Origin: a virus
Lineage: Duplodnaviria; Caudoviricetes
DNA length: 38,135 nucleotides
Virus record (IMG/VR): IMGVR_UViG_3300043391_000033
Location: 1 to 38,135 of that record
Strand: one strand, 5' to 3'
The notes below the pieces were generated by a model. It made no database searches. It saw nothing but the letters and a program-made list of their open reading frames with translations, and was not told the origin of the DNA. The position numbers and the translations under genes are program-made. Shown piece after piece: positions 27,049-35,770 of this stretch. How positions within the stretch are numbered: position 1 is the first letter of the stretch; each line of letters begins with the position of its first letter.

Positions 27049-27252
27049 TTATTCCTCTAAAATCTTGCTAGCAATGTCGTAACCATAAATACTACTTAAG
27101 AAGTTACAAAACTCACGAACTGGTACTTCATACGTTGCTGAATCTGCTACATCAAACGAGAACTGTGCTTGCTTGTTATAGTGTGTTTCATCATACATGT
27201 TGTCAACGGTATCGTTAAATGTATTAAAAACAATTGTATATCTGTTAACCAT
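27049..27252 (-). CDS. Hypothetical protein
   Basis: 67 aa, tightly packed in the operon. Confidence 0.6.
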   Translation of the reverse strand: MVNRYTIVFNTFNDTVDNMYDETHYNKQAQFSFDVADSATYEVPVREFCNFLSSIYGYDIASKILEE

Positions 27253-27457
27253 TCTTTTCTATTGTTCCTTTCCAAATTGATTGCATGATACGTACTCTGT
27301 CTTCTTCTGTTGCCTTAGTCACTAACAGCAGGGCATCTACCTGGTCCTGTAGTGCTTTGTTCTCAGCCTCTAAACGTTCCATACGTGCTCGCATAAACTT
27401 TGTTTCTAATTCTAGCTCATCTACTACTCTAGCGTCAATACAATTACCACATGTCAT
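27245..27457 (-). CDS. Coiled-coil hypothetical protein with N-terminal CxxC
   Basis: 70 aa, overlapping its neighbours. Confidence 0.6.
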   Translation of the reverse strand: MTCGNCIDARVVDELELETKFMRARMERLEAENKALQDQVDALLLVTKATEEDRVRIMQSIWKGTIEKNG

Positions 27458-27786
27458 TTACTCACCATCTTAAAGAAATAATCTGCGTCAATAATTGCTA
27501 GTGGTCTTGCTCCATTCTGCTTGACAAACACTACTGGTTGGTGGTAGCCATGCTCTTTAGCTTGCTCGTAATAATTATACACAGCAACTCTCGCTAACGA
27601 CTTACACTCAACCTGGTAGGGGAAAACCTCTCTAGCTGCAGGAGACAACTGAACATCCTCACCTCCTGCTCCCATACTTGTACTTCTTACATCATCTTGC
27701 TCAAGACTGGGGAACGTTGATAGTATCTTGTCCCTCACCCACTTTTGCAGGTTTCTTCCTTTTGCCTTTGCGGATTGTGGTTTCAA
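27454..27786 (-). CDS. PD-(D/E)XK nuclease, Holliday junction resolvase-like
   Basis: KAKGR, GEDV, VECK, P.VF.KQN. Confidence 0.75.
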   Translation of the reverse strand: MKPQSAKAKGRNLQKWVRDKILSTFPSLEQDDVRSTSMGAGGEDVQLSPAAREVFPYQVECKSLARVAVYNYYEQAKEHGYHQPVVFVKQNGARPLAIIDADYFFKMVSK

Positions 27787-28006
27787 CTTTTAGTTCCTTT
27801 CGTTTTAGTATCATTCTCTTTGGAAGAGTAATACTATTGTTACACATACCATGAGTGATTGTACCTGCTAATTCAATCTGCTCATCGTCTTCATAGACAA
27901 GGTATCCTACAGTCTTACAAGCTAAATCTTCTCTCTTTGCTTCGTGCCACTCGCCTTGTGCTAATGCATCTAGCCACTCAATTAAGATAAGCTTGGGGGT
28001 TTCCAC
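27701..28006 (-). CDS. Conserved-type phage hypothetical protein
   Basis: Likely GTG start at 28006; LIEWLDA...C.TVGYL..ED pattern; the 3' end overlaps the resolvase gene by 86 nt. Confidence 0.6.
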   Translation of the reverse strand: METPKLILIEWLDALAQGEWHEAKREDLACKTVGYLVYEDDEQIELAGTITHGMCNNSITLPKRMILKRKELKVETTIRKGKRKKPAKVGEGQDTINVPQS

Positions 28007-28665
28007 ATTTGGTTTGCTTCCCTTCTTATCCACAATAGTTGACCGTTCTCCAAGACTCGCTCCTCGTTTCCCTCGTAAGCCTTTAGCACTGCCTCGTACA
28101 TCTCGATTTCTGTGTTGCATTCTTTTAGAATCCTCTCAGCTTTAACAGGACCAATACCCTTTAAGCCCTCAATGTTGTCTGTCCTATCACCTGTTAGCAC
28201 TTGTTTGTAGAAGGTTCTCATGGTATCTTCTTCTTTAACAAAGTACTTTTCCTTCTTGACAAAGTTGTAATGCCATCCTCTAATCATGTCTAGGTCTTTA
28301 TCAATCGTCATGATGATGTAATCTTTTTCATCCATCGTGTACGCTTTTATACCTATTGCATCGTCAGCTTCCTGCCCAGTTATCATTAAGAAACCCCATT
28401 CTTTTTCCAGATAGTCTCTTAAGAATTGATAGTGGACAGGTTTAGCTACGTCTTTACGATTACCTTTATATGTTGCAGTGACTGCTATCTCATTCCTGTA
28501 ATTACCTTTACCAGTAAGATAGCCTTCAATAGAACTAATGTCAGATGGTGTTACTAACTCTTCAACGAAGGCAGACATCCTAGCCTTAGCAATTGCTTCA
28601 GTCTCTTCTTGGGAGGCAAATGCAACCCTATAGACTAAGATGTCACCATCGATGAGAGCTTTCAT
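27982..28665 (-). CDS. 5'-3' exonuclease/RNase H (T7 gp6/PolI N-terminal-like)
   Basis: LIDGD, YKGNR, EADD, DKDL, GD.TDNI.G..GIGP. Confidence 0.92.
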   Translation of the reverse strand: MKALIDGDILVYRVAFASQEETEAIAKARMSAFVEELVTPSDISSIEGYLTGKGNYRNEIAVTATYKGNRKDVAKPVHYQFLRDYLEKEWGFLMITGQEADDAIGIKAYTMDEKDYIIMTIDKDLDMIRGWHYNFVKKEKYFVKEEDTMRTFYKQVLTGDRTDNIEGLKGIGPVKAERILKECNTEIEMYEAVLKAYEGNEERVLENGQLLWIRREANQMWKPPSLS

Positions 28666-28913
28666 TACTTACCTTGCATCTTCTGATTGTATGATTCTAA
28701 GAAGTCAGCCATGTTTCGTAATACCTTAGCTGCTTGCTGTGAACTATTAAAGTATAAATCTTCTACTCTAATATCACCATCATTGTCAACCCAAAAGTCA
28801 TAGGTATCATCAAACAAATCATCAAGACCATCACCCCACTTAACACGAAAACGTGTGCTGAGTTGTTCTACTGGTGATGCTGTTTCTTTTGTTGCTGTTT
28901 TCTTTGTTGCCAT
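28665..28913 (-). CDS. Hypothetical protein
   Basis: 82 aa, AAAGGT RBS, TAATG coupling to the exonuclease. Confidence 0.65.
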   Translation of the reverse strand: MATKKTATKETASPVEQLSTRFRVKWGDGLDDLFDDTYDFWVDNDGDIRVEDLYFNSSQQAAKVLRNMADFLESYNQKMQGK

Positions 28914-28932
28914 TTGTTACCTTTCAATTAAG

Positions 28933-29313
28933 TTATAGAGGTGATTCTTCTGCTGCTTCATAAGCAATTAAATCAGTTACTACTAGGTGATTGATACCTA
29001 CGCCTACGCCCTTGTATGGTTTAGCGAAGTCGTATGTCTTACATGTTGCAACACCCTTAGAACCATTCGCTACTTTAACTGTGACAGGTTTGTTGTCCTT
29101 GTCTACAGTAGTGACTGGGTACTTAGCTGATTTAGCTGTAATATAGAAGCCTTTACCTTCTTTATTATTCACCTTCACACCTAACTCTTCCAATTCAGCG
29201 ATTGTCTCAGGGGTTAGATTACACAAATCCACTTGATATTTACCTGAAAGTGTGTTAGGTGTATCTAAAAAAGCCCACATAAGGTCTGCTTGAATCTTAA
29301 TAACTTTTGACAT
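28933..29313 (-). CDS. Putative single-stranded DNA-binding protein (OB fold)
   Basis: ATG 29313 after AAAGGA; WAFL..P....GKYQVDL, ANGSKG, short acidic tail; between polymerase and exonuclease. Confidence 0.65.
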   Translation of the reverse strand: MSKVIKIQADLMWAFLDTPNTLSGKYQVDLCNLTPETIAELEELGVKVNNKEGKGFYITAKSAKYPVTTVDKDNKPVTVKVANGSKGVATCKTYDFAKPYKGVGVGINHLVVTDLIAYEAAEESPL

Positions 29314-29361
29314 CTTGTTTCCTTTAACTAAGAAATATAAATAAAATACAACTGAACTACT

Positions 29362-29390
29362 ATTATACAACTATTAATGTAAGTTGTCAA
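29362..29390 (-). promoter_or_regulatory. Sigma70 promoter upstream of the SSB gene
   Basis: TTGACA-17-TATAAT on the minus strand. Confidence 0.85.
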
Positions 29391-29568
29391 CACTTTCTTC
29401 AGGATAATAATCGTCTGCCATTTCAGCTACAACGTCTAGTATCTCAAAGAACTCTCCCTTGGTATCGATGGAGGAATGAACCTCAATCTGACCTGCATTA
29501 ATCATAATGACAATACAATCATCTGCTGATTCTACCATCTCTCTAACGTTTAGTGTGTTTGTTCCCAT
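29374..29568 (-). CDS. Small acidic hypothetical protein
   Basis: 64 aa, overlapping the end of the polymerase gene; AGGA RBS. Confidence 0.55.
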   Translation of the reverse strand: MGTNTLNVREMVESADDCIVIMINAGQIEVHSSIDTKGEFFEILDVVAEMADDYYPEESVDNLH

Positions 29569-31199
29569 GTATATCCTGTCTTAAATTCACCTGTTAATGG
29601 GCATCTCATGTTCAACACCCTACCTGCTTCTTCAATAGCTAAGACACCTAACTTGCCTGCGTCCTCTGCCTGTTCTTCTCTTACTTCAATCTGCCATTCG
29701 TCATGCACATTAGCGACAAACTTGAAATCAATCTTATTCTTTCTAAGACTTGACTCTAGTATCACCAGTGCCTGCTTCATGACAATCGCACCTGCACCTT
29801 GGAGCAACGTGTTAAGGGCTGAGTGTTCGGACCTAACGAGTAGCTTACGTCCATCAAGACCTGGTAACGTGCCTTTCTCAGCGTAGATGCGAGCAACTTT
29901 CTCACGCAACGCCCTGAGCTTGGGTGTGTTCTTAAGAAAAGCATCAATGAGCTGTTGTCCTTCTTTCGCTGAACCACCAACAATCTTCCCAATCTTGGTA
30001 CTTCCTGCACCATAGAGGAATGCATATATAAACGTCTTAGCCTGATTCCTCTCTTGCAACCCAGCAGCTTTTTGGTTTGCTGTATGGATGTCACCTGATA
30101 CGACTTCAGTAGTGTATGCTTCATCATTCATGTAGTGAGCAAGCATTCGTAACTCCAAACCTGAAGCATCGATACCTACTAACTTATACCCTTTCTCTAC
30201 AGTCCAACAACTTCTACACTCTTTACCATATACCGCACCACTATTTGGTATCTGTGCCATGTTAGGGCTGTGGTGCGTCATACGACCTGTTACTGCTCCA
30301 TTGGTAATTACCTTACCATGTACTCGTCCATCTGTTTGCATCGCTTCTAGCCACGATTCTGCTTGGCTGATACGCTTCTGTAGTAGCAGGTATCTTGCTA
30401 TCTCTTTTGCTTCAGGGTAGGGCAAAGCTTCAAGTACAGATTCATCAATAATTACCTGCCCCTTCTCAGTTTTCTTCTCAGGTTTCCAACCCAGTGTCTG
30501 TAAACGTTTAGCAATCTGTTGTCTGCTACCAACGTTGAATACTTCTACATGGTCCTTCAATGGTTTACCTGTCTTCTCACTAACTCTAGGTGTTACGATT
30601 GGTGGAAACAACTCCTGTAGCTTATCACTAATCTGCTCACACTCTTGCTTCCACATTGCTAACAAACTCATAACCCTAGGTGCATCAAGCTTAAAGCCAT
30701 TGCGTTCTTGCTTTGCAATGATACCTTGTACCTGATGCTCTAGCTTAATACACTGCTCACTAAACTCTCTTTGCTTCAATTCATTTAATAACATCAAGTA
30801 CAACTTCTTTGTTACTAACGTATCTTGAATACAGTAGTCAATCATTGTCTGTGTTAGACCACCATCCCAATCAGTAAACTCAGTCTTCTGTTCCATCAGT
30901 CTTTGACCCCAAGCTGCTAGACTGTGACCTCCTTCTAAGCTTGGATTCAGTAGCCTTGAGAGAATCAAGGTGTCTGTAATCTGACTCAATCGTATGGTTG
31001 TCCCCCATAATCTGTTCAATATCGGAGCATCGAAGCTGATTAAGTTGTGTCCTATAATTGTGTCGCAATTCTCTAGTAAGGGTCTTAGCGTTTTTGATTC
31101 TGTATGGCATATCACTTCATCTGTTTCAAGGTTACGTGTAACTGCACACCAAATGTTATCATGTTTACTATTTGTTTCAATGTCAAGGATTATTTTCAT
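29550..31199 (-). CDS. polA: Family A DNA polymerase with 3'-5' exonuclease
   Basis: DIET, GHN...FD, YCIQD, TGR, DASGLELR, AKTFIYAFLYG, VHDE. Confidence 0.97.
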   Translation of the reverse strand: MKIILDIETNSKHDNIWCAVTRNLETDEVICHTESKTLRPLLENCDTIIGHNLISFDAPILNRLWGTTIRLSQITDTLILSRLLNPSLEGGHSLAAWGQRLMEQKTEFTDWDGGLTQTMIDYCIQDTLVTKKLYLMLLNELKQREFSEQCIKLEHQVQGIIAKQERNGFKLDAPRVMSLLAMWKQECEQISDKLQELFPPIVTPRVSEKTGKPLKDHVEVFNVGSRQQIAKRLQTLGWKPEKKTEKGQVIIDESVLEALPYPEAKEIARYLLLQKRISQAESWLEAMQTDGRVHGKVITNGAVTGRMTHHSPNMAQIPNSGAVYGKECRSCWTVEKGYKLVGIDASGLELRMLAHYMNDEAYTTEVVSGDIHTANQKAAGLQERNQAKTFIYAFLYGAGSTKIGKIVGGSAKEGQQLIDAFLKNTPKLRALREKVARIYAEKGTLPGLDGRKLLVRSEHSALNTLLQGAGAIVMKQALVILESSLRKNKIDFKFVANVHDEWQIEVREEQAEDAGKLGVLAIEEAGRVLNMRCPLTGEFKTGYTWEQTH

Positions 31200-31206
31200 A
31201 GCTTAT

Positions 31207-31235
31207 ATTATACCATACTTGATTTAATTAGTCCA
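31207..31235 (-). promoter_or_regulatory. Extended -10 sigma70 promoter directly before polA
   Basis: TGGACT-17-TATAAT with TGn; the -10 ends 7 nt before the ATG. Confidence 0.6.
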
Positions 31236-31414
31236 CCCAAATACATAAGTACAGCTACAAATTCTACAATAAATAATGCATAGTCACGTTGCTTGAATCC
31301 TGCATACGTCCACAAGCCTGACCCAATAAACCCAAACCACAGGTTCAAAGGGTAGATATTCAAGCTTGTCAATGCTATGCCTATTAAACATAGGATTGTT
31401 CCTGTCCACTTCAT
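31208..31414 (-). CDS. Small three-helix membrane protein
   Basis: 68 aa, almost entirely hydrophobic, with YP.N and W...G...RD.AL. Confidence 0.7.
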   Translation of the reverse strand: MKWTGTILCLIGIALTSLNIYPLNLWFGFIGSGLWTYAGFKQRDYALFIVEFVAVLMYLGGLIKSSMV

Positions 31415-31632
31415 TGTTTCTTATTCTTTACATTCTTAGGCTTTTGTATACTTTCAGAAACAACTTTAGGTATCTCATACTTCTCTGTCACACCTGCTAG
31501 CACCTTGTTAAACTCCTCATCATTCAACTGAATACTGTTACCACAACTGAAGTATACCTTACGTGCCTGCTTATCCAGTAGTGTTACCTGATTAGCCAAG
31601 AACACAAAGTTATCATAATCAAATACCATCAT
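31411..31632 (-). CDS. Hypothetical protein
   Basis: ATGA overlaps on both sides. Confidence 0.65.
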   Translation of the reverse strand: MMVFDYDNFVFLANQVTLLDKQARKVYFSCGNSIQLNDEEFNKVLAGVTEKYEIPKVVSESIQKPKNVKNKKQ

Positions 31633-33233
31633 AGTTCCTTATCATCAAATCGTTCATTCATTCTACCTGTAATCTTATCATACAATAGACTACAACCTGG
31701 ACCAGTCATACCACTAAAGCGATTCTTTAACACACGTACTCTTGTGGTGTTACGCTCAATCATATCTTCTGCCTGACCATTACGCTCTAAACCAATCACC
31801 ATGTCACTCAACTGAGCGATACTACCTGAACCACGTAACTGTGCTAGTGATGTTGCAGCACCCTCTTCGTGTCCTTTGTTCTCAGGACGTTTAAGGTGAG
31901 AGACAACAAACAAACTAACACCAGTCTCTGCTACTAACATACGAAGCTTAGTCATAATCTCATCTAATGCTTTACGCTCATCGCCATTCTCTTGTGCACT
32001 TACGACAATAGAGACATGGTCAAGGAATATGTAACCGCAACCAAGAGCTTTAGCCATGTACCTAACACGATTAATAATATTATCGATATCGGTAGAGCCA
32101 AAGTGGTCAAAAAGATATAACCTACCAGTACCCAAAGTTTCTTCAAAAGCATGTTGTAATTCTGTTCCTTCTACTTGCACATCAGGCAAGTGTAATGGTT
32201 TATCAATAGCTAAAGACATAATTGACTTAGCTGTTTTCTTTACTGATTCTTCTAAGAACATCAAGCCAATGTTATCTTGAGTATTCTTTAATACATGAAA
32301 CACAATCTCTCTCATGAACTGAGACTTACCTAAACCACTACCTGCTGTAAGAGTAATCAACTCACCCTTACGAATACCATACGTCAAGTCATTCAGCCCA
32401 TGATATGGGTACATCACATCAGCCTTCTCAACTGGTTGGTTAACCAAGTCCCAAAGCTGTGAGCCTTGTACAATACCATCAGGTACGTACTGCTCGCTTG
32501 CCCACCATGAATCTAAATACTCTTTAATCTTATTCAGTCGTAAATACTCACATGCATCCTTGTAAGCAGTCATCTTCTGAATCTTAACCTTGTTACCAAA
32601 CAACTCTGCTACTTGCTTGCTAGCCTGTACACCTGCCTCATCGCTATCAAATGACAACACGATAGTCTCAAAGGAATTAATCCATTCATACTGTGCCTTG
32701 CAGTCCTTCAGTGCTGACTGTGCACCATTGCGAATACTAACACATGCATACTTACTACCCATCATCTGATAGCTTGCCATCGCATCTAACTCACCTTCAC
32801 AGATTGTTAGATACTTACCACCTTTACTAAACTTTGTCTGACCAAACAACACTGCCTTGTTAAAGTCACCTGCAATACTGAATGTCTTGTTTGATACTGT
32901 CCTCGTCTTTACTGCTGTCAAGTTATTAAACTCATCAAAGTAAGAATAGTAATGCTTGTCGTTATCAACTTTAACACCATAGTGTTGACATGTGCTAGAG
33001 CCAATGCCTCTGTCAACAATACTTGCTACCTTTGCGTTCTCATAAAAAGTTAAGTTACTCATAATTCTTTCTTTTGGTTTTGAAGCAATCTCATTATCGC
33101 TATCGCCTCTTGTGAAACACCTGTGACAGAATGTATGTCCATCACTGTACAAGCCATTAGCATCACTGCTACCACAACTAGGACATGCAATATGCTTGAC
33201 AAATGTACTAGCTACGTTCTCAGAATAACTCAT
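31629..33233 (-). CDS. Bifunctional primase-helicase (T7 gp4-like)
   Basis: CPSCGSSDA...CHRC zinc finger, TOPRIM EGELD/FDSD, Walker A GSGLGKS, DHVS, LRGSGSIAQLSD, KNR. Confidence 0.96.
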   Translation of the reverse strand: MSYSENVASTFVKHIACPSCGSSDANGLYSDGHTFCHRCFTRGDSDNEIASKPKERIMSNLTFYENAKVASIVDRGIGSSTCQHYGVKVDNDKHYYSYFDEFNNLTAVKTRTVSNKTFSIAGDFNKAVLFGQTKFSKGGKYLTICEGELDAMASYQMMGSKYACVSIRNGAQSALKDCKAQYEWINSFETIVLSFDSDEAGVQASKQVAELFGNKVKIQKMTAYKDACEYLRLNKIKEYLDSWWASEQYVPDGIVQGSQLWDLVNQPVEKADVMYPYHGLNDLTYGIRKGELITLTAGSGLGKSQFMREIVFHVLKNTQDNIGLMFLEESVKKTAKSIMSLAIDKPLHLPDVQVEGTELQHAFEETLGTGRLYLFDHFGSTDIDNIINRVRYMAKALGCGYIFLDHVSIVVSAQENGDERKALDEIMTKLRMLVAETGVSLFVVSHLKRPENKGHEEGAATSLAQLRGSGSIAQLSDMVIGLERNGQAEDMIERNTTRVRVLKNRFSGMTGPGCSLLYDKITGRMNERFDDKEL

Positions 33234-33426
33234 CGTAATCCTCAGTCCTCTCTCTTTCTTGTTTAATCTTGTTACGTTCTTGCAACATCATTGACAAATC
33301 AATCAACACACGCTCCATGCCAATGGTATCAATGTACGACACTACATCTGACAATGCAAACCAGTAGTGTGCTTCTTCCTGTGCTTGGTGTGCTTCTAAT
33401 TCATCTCTGTGGTCTTCTAACTTCAT
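33220..33426 (-). CDS. Hypothetical protein
   Basis: 68 aa, downstream of a promoter and overlapping the primase start. Confidence 0.65.
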   Translation of the reverse strand: MKLEDHRDELEAHQAQEEAHYWFALSDVVSYIDTIGMERVLIDLSMMLQERNKIKQERERTEDYDELF

Positions 33427-33502
33427 ACTGTATAGTCCTATTTAGATATGTTAGCATTAATTACTACTCTTACAATCTATACGCAAATCTCTGTATAGTA
33501 TA

Positions 33503-33531
33503 ATTATAATGGTAGACAAAAAAGCTGTCAA
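33503..33531 (-). promoter_or_regulatory. Sigma70 promoter for the replication operon
   Basis: TTGACA-17-TATAAT on the minus strand. Confidence 0.85.
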
Positions 33532-33767
33532 TAATTATCTTCATCGTTATCATAATGTGGAATGTCATCATGGTAATCATCGCTAGCATCATCCCACTCG
33601 TCATCAAAATCATCCTCATGTGCTAGGTCTGCTCGCTCCATTGATGGCATGTCTGACTTAATTGTGCCATAGCATTTGTTACACATGTCAAGATATTCGT
33701 CTGTTGTTGTTGACTTCCTAGTAGCCTCAAAATCTGTTAACGCTTTATTACAGCAATAGCAACGCAT
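33528..33767 (-). CDS. Zinc-finger protein with acidic tail
   Basis: CYCC...CNKC followed by a D/E-rich C-terminus; AAGGA RBS. Confidence 0.75.
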   Translation of the reverse strand: MRCYCCNKALTDFEATRKSTTTDEYLDMCNKCYGTIKSDMPSMERADLAHEDDFDDEWDDASDDYHDDIPHYDNDEDNY

Positions 33768-33787
33768 ATATTTTCCTTATAAATCAA

Positions 33788-34042
33788 TTACTTAACGTAT
33801 GTCTTAAGACTGCTAGCCTTTTTGACAACCTCTGTTGACACTGCCCATCCATACATTTCAGGGTCTGTCAAGTCATTTAAGAAATCTCTGAAAATGGTTT
33901 TTAAGCAATCTAAATCATCTTTGTACTGGTCTCTCTCAAGACAAACATCCTGTACTTTGCCTCTGAGATAAGACACATCTTCATCCCAGTCACCACAAAG
34001 ATTCTTCTCAATCTGTTTGTTTACTTCTGCATCAAAAATCAT
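33788..34042 (-). CDS. Hypothetical early protein
   Basis: 84 aa, ATGA coupling. Confidence 0.65.
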   Translation of the reverse strand: MIFDAEVNKQIEKNLCGDWDEDVSYLRGKVQDVCLERDQYKDDLDCLKTIFRDFLNDLTDPEMYGWAVSTEVVKKASSLKTYVK

Positions 34043-34224
34043 AATCTACATTCTCCCACTGTCTGATAAGCCCATTCATATGTACCTTTAACATTCTTCC
34101 TGTCACATCTGACAATCTCAACCTTGATGTTCTTGTCAAGGTCCTTCAGGTGCATTGCTTCGTTCCTGCTCTTGACAATACGTAAGACATAGCCATCACT
34201 ATCAATCACTCTGTATAAATTCAT
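34039..34224 (-). CDS. Hypothetical early protein
   Basis: 61 aa, GGAG RBS, TAATG coupling. Confidence 0.65.
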   Translation of the reverse strand: MNLYRVIDSDGYVLRIVKSRNEAMHLKDLDKNIKVEIVRCDRKNVKGTYEWAYQTVGECRL

Positions 34225-34487
34225 TAAGCAAATCTCCCTAAGTATAGTTCTTGGTCAGTGTCAATGATACCATCATCACCAACACCATATATTGCAATGT
34301 GATACGAGCCATCATCTACTTGATAAATGTTAACATCAATGTAATCACTGTATGCATACCAGTAGTCTTCTAATAACTCTTCACGACCTGCGTCAATGAT
34401 TCCTTTACACAACCCTCTTGCAAATTGTTTAATTAGTTGTACTTGCTCATCTGTTAACGTATCAATAATCACTTTACTTTCACTCAT
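34224..34487 (-). CDS. Acidic hypothetical early protein
   Basis: Likely start ATG 34487 (MSESKVII), coupled to the upstream TAA. Confidence 0.6.
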   Translation of the reverse strand: MSESKVIIDTLTDEQVQLIKQFARGLCKGIIDAGREELLEDYWYAYSDYIDVNIYQVDDGSYHIAIYGVGDDGIIDTDQELYLGRFA

Positions 34488-34636
34488 TATAGTCTTTCCC
34501 ACATAACAATTATAACATGTACTGATAAGAATACCAGTGTGATAAACAAAAGCCAACCTGCTACATTCTCAGCTAGCTCTTCCTGATTTTCGTTTTTAAG
34601 CAATCGTTCTTTTTCTTTTCTTCCATAGTCTTGCAT
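34487..34636 (-). CDS. 49-aa single-TM protein (not in ORF track)
   Basis: GGAGGAG RBS; MQDYGRKEKERLLKNENQEELAENVAGWLLFITLVFLSVHVIIVMWERL; coupled at both ends. Confidence 0.7.
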   Translation of the reverse strand: MQDYGRKEKERLLKNENQEELAENVAGWLLFITLVFLSVHVIIVMWERL

Positions 34637-34788
34637 TACTCCTCCAGTCTATAGCCATATTGTTTTGCCTCATAGGACCAATTAGATTTTCCATACTTGT
34701 TATATCTAATCACTGCTTGTCTACGTGTTAGTCCTTCTTCTTCATAGCTGCTACCATTTTTGTATTCAACGTAAAATGTATATTTCAT
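34636..34788 (-). CDS. 50-aa hypothetical protein (not in ORF track)
   Basis: MKYTFYVEYKNGSSYEEEGLTRRQAVIRYNKYGKSNWSYEAKQYGYRLEE; coupled at both ends. Confidence 0.65.
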   Translation of the reverse strand: MKYTFYVEYKNGSSYEEEGLTRRQAVIRYNKYGKSNWSYEAKQYGYRLEE

Positions 34789-35120
34789 TCTTCTTCATCC
34801 TCATACTCTTCATATTCATCAATGCTTACTTCAACAAAAGAATTTTCTTCATTGGGTACTTCAGTAATAAAATAACCAATCCTATTGACTAAGTGATAAC
34901 CATCACCAATGAATGTACCAATATCACCATCCATGTAAGTCCATACTCTATTTGGTTCTGTGTTAGCAATACTCAAGACATATTCTAATTCTTTACCATA
35001 GGTCTCAAACATAATACCAACACCATTCTCATCTTGAAAGGAGGCATTAGAATCTAGGTGGTTAACCATTGGTTTATACTTCTGCATCCAGTCTTCAAAT
35101 GTTAATGTATTTGTATTCAT
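34785..35120 (-). CDS. Hypothetical early protein
   Basis: 111 aa with FETYG, VWT and G.H.VNRIGYFITE motifs. Confidence 0.75.
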   Translation of the reverse strand: MNTNTLTFEDWMQKYKPMVNHLDSNASFQDENGVGIMFETYGKELEYVLSIANTEPNRVWTYMDGDIGTFIGDGYHLVNRIGYFITEVPNEENSFVEVSIDEYEEYEDEEE

Positions 35121-35398
35121 ACTCTTTTATCCTCAATTGGTAATGCTAGTTTCATTGTTTCAATCCACACTGTTAAATCTTCTCTTGCTTTTTCGTACTC
35201 ACCACGCTTGTAATTCTTGCCAGTGTATTCAGACGCAATTTTAAGCAATCCAGTTTTTGTGACACCCCTGATAGACAATCCTGACATTGCAAGCCTGAGA
35301 GCTGATTTAACACTGATAGCACGTGCTAATTCTACTGCATCAGGACCTGAAAACATCATGCCACCATTGTTAAAAATTGTTACTTGACTTTGTTCCAT
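35117..35398 (-). CDS. Hypothetical early protein
   Basis: 93 aa, GGAG RBS, coupled to neighbours. Confidence 0.7.
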   Translation of the reverse strand: MEQSQVTIFNNGGMMFSGPDAVELARAISVKSALRLAMSGLSIRGVTKTGLLKIASEYTGKNYKRGEYEKAREDLTVWIETMKLALPIEDKRV

Positions 35399-35544
35399 TA
35401 TTTGCTCTCCACTTTAGCAATGTTACCAATATACCAACCTTGTTCTAAAAGATAATCAATCTCTTCTGCCAATTCTTCTACAGTGTTGAATGTATCTAAT
35501 GTCCACTGGTCATAAGGACCAAATCGTTTATTCAATGTATACAT
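35398..35544 (-). CDS. 48-aa hypothetical protein (not in ORF track)
   Basis: AAAAGGAGA RBS; MYTLNKRFGPYDQWTLDTFNTVEELAEEIDYLLEQGWYIGNIAKVESK. Confidence 0.7.
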   Translation of the reverse strand: MYTLNKRFGPYDQWTLDTFNTVEELAEEIDYLLEQGWYIGNIAKVESK

Positions 35545-35567
35545 AATTTCTCCTTTTGTTAAATACA

Positions 35568-35595
35568 ATTATAATCAATCTTACTCATAAATCAA
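35568..35595 (-). promoter_or_regulatory. Probable sigma70 early promoter
   Basis: TTGATT-16-TATAAT on the minus strand, upstream of a strong RBS. Confidence 0.5.
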
Positions 35596-35770
35596 ACTTA
35601 TTTCGTTTCACAATGTGAAATAGTTTTGGTTTTTAAGCAATCCGTTTTTAAGCAATCAGTTGTGCAATGGTTGCCCTGAAACGAGGAATGGTTTTCGTAG
35701 GAATAGGCAAAAACTACTGAAATCATTGAAATCAATAGCTAAAGCCTATTGCCACTAGGTTTTGCCACGT

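Noticed and set aside
33050-33075. T7 gp4B-like internal start (MSNLT) after the zinc finger
   Set aside because: The position fits, but there is no convincing SD upstream, so it is unsupported.
35620-35657. 14-mer motif as a Fis site or boxA
   Set aside because: It lacks the G-N13-C symmetry of Fis sites and the GCTCTTT core of boxA, so it is left unassigned.
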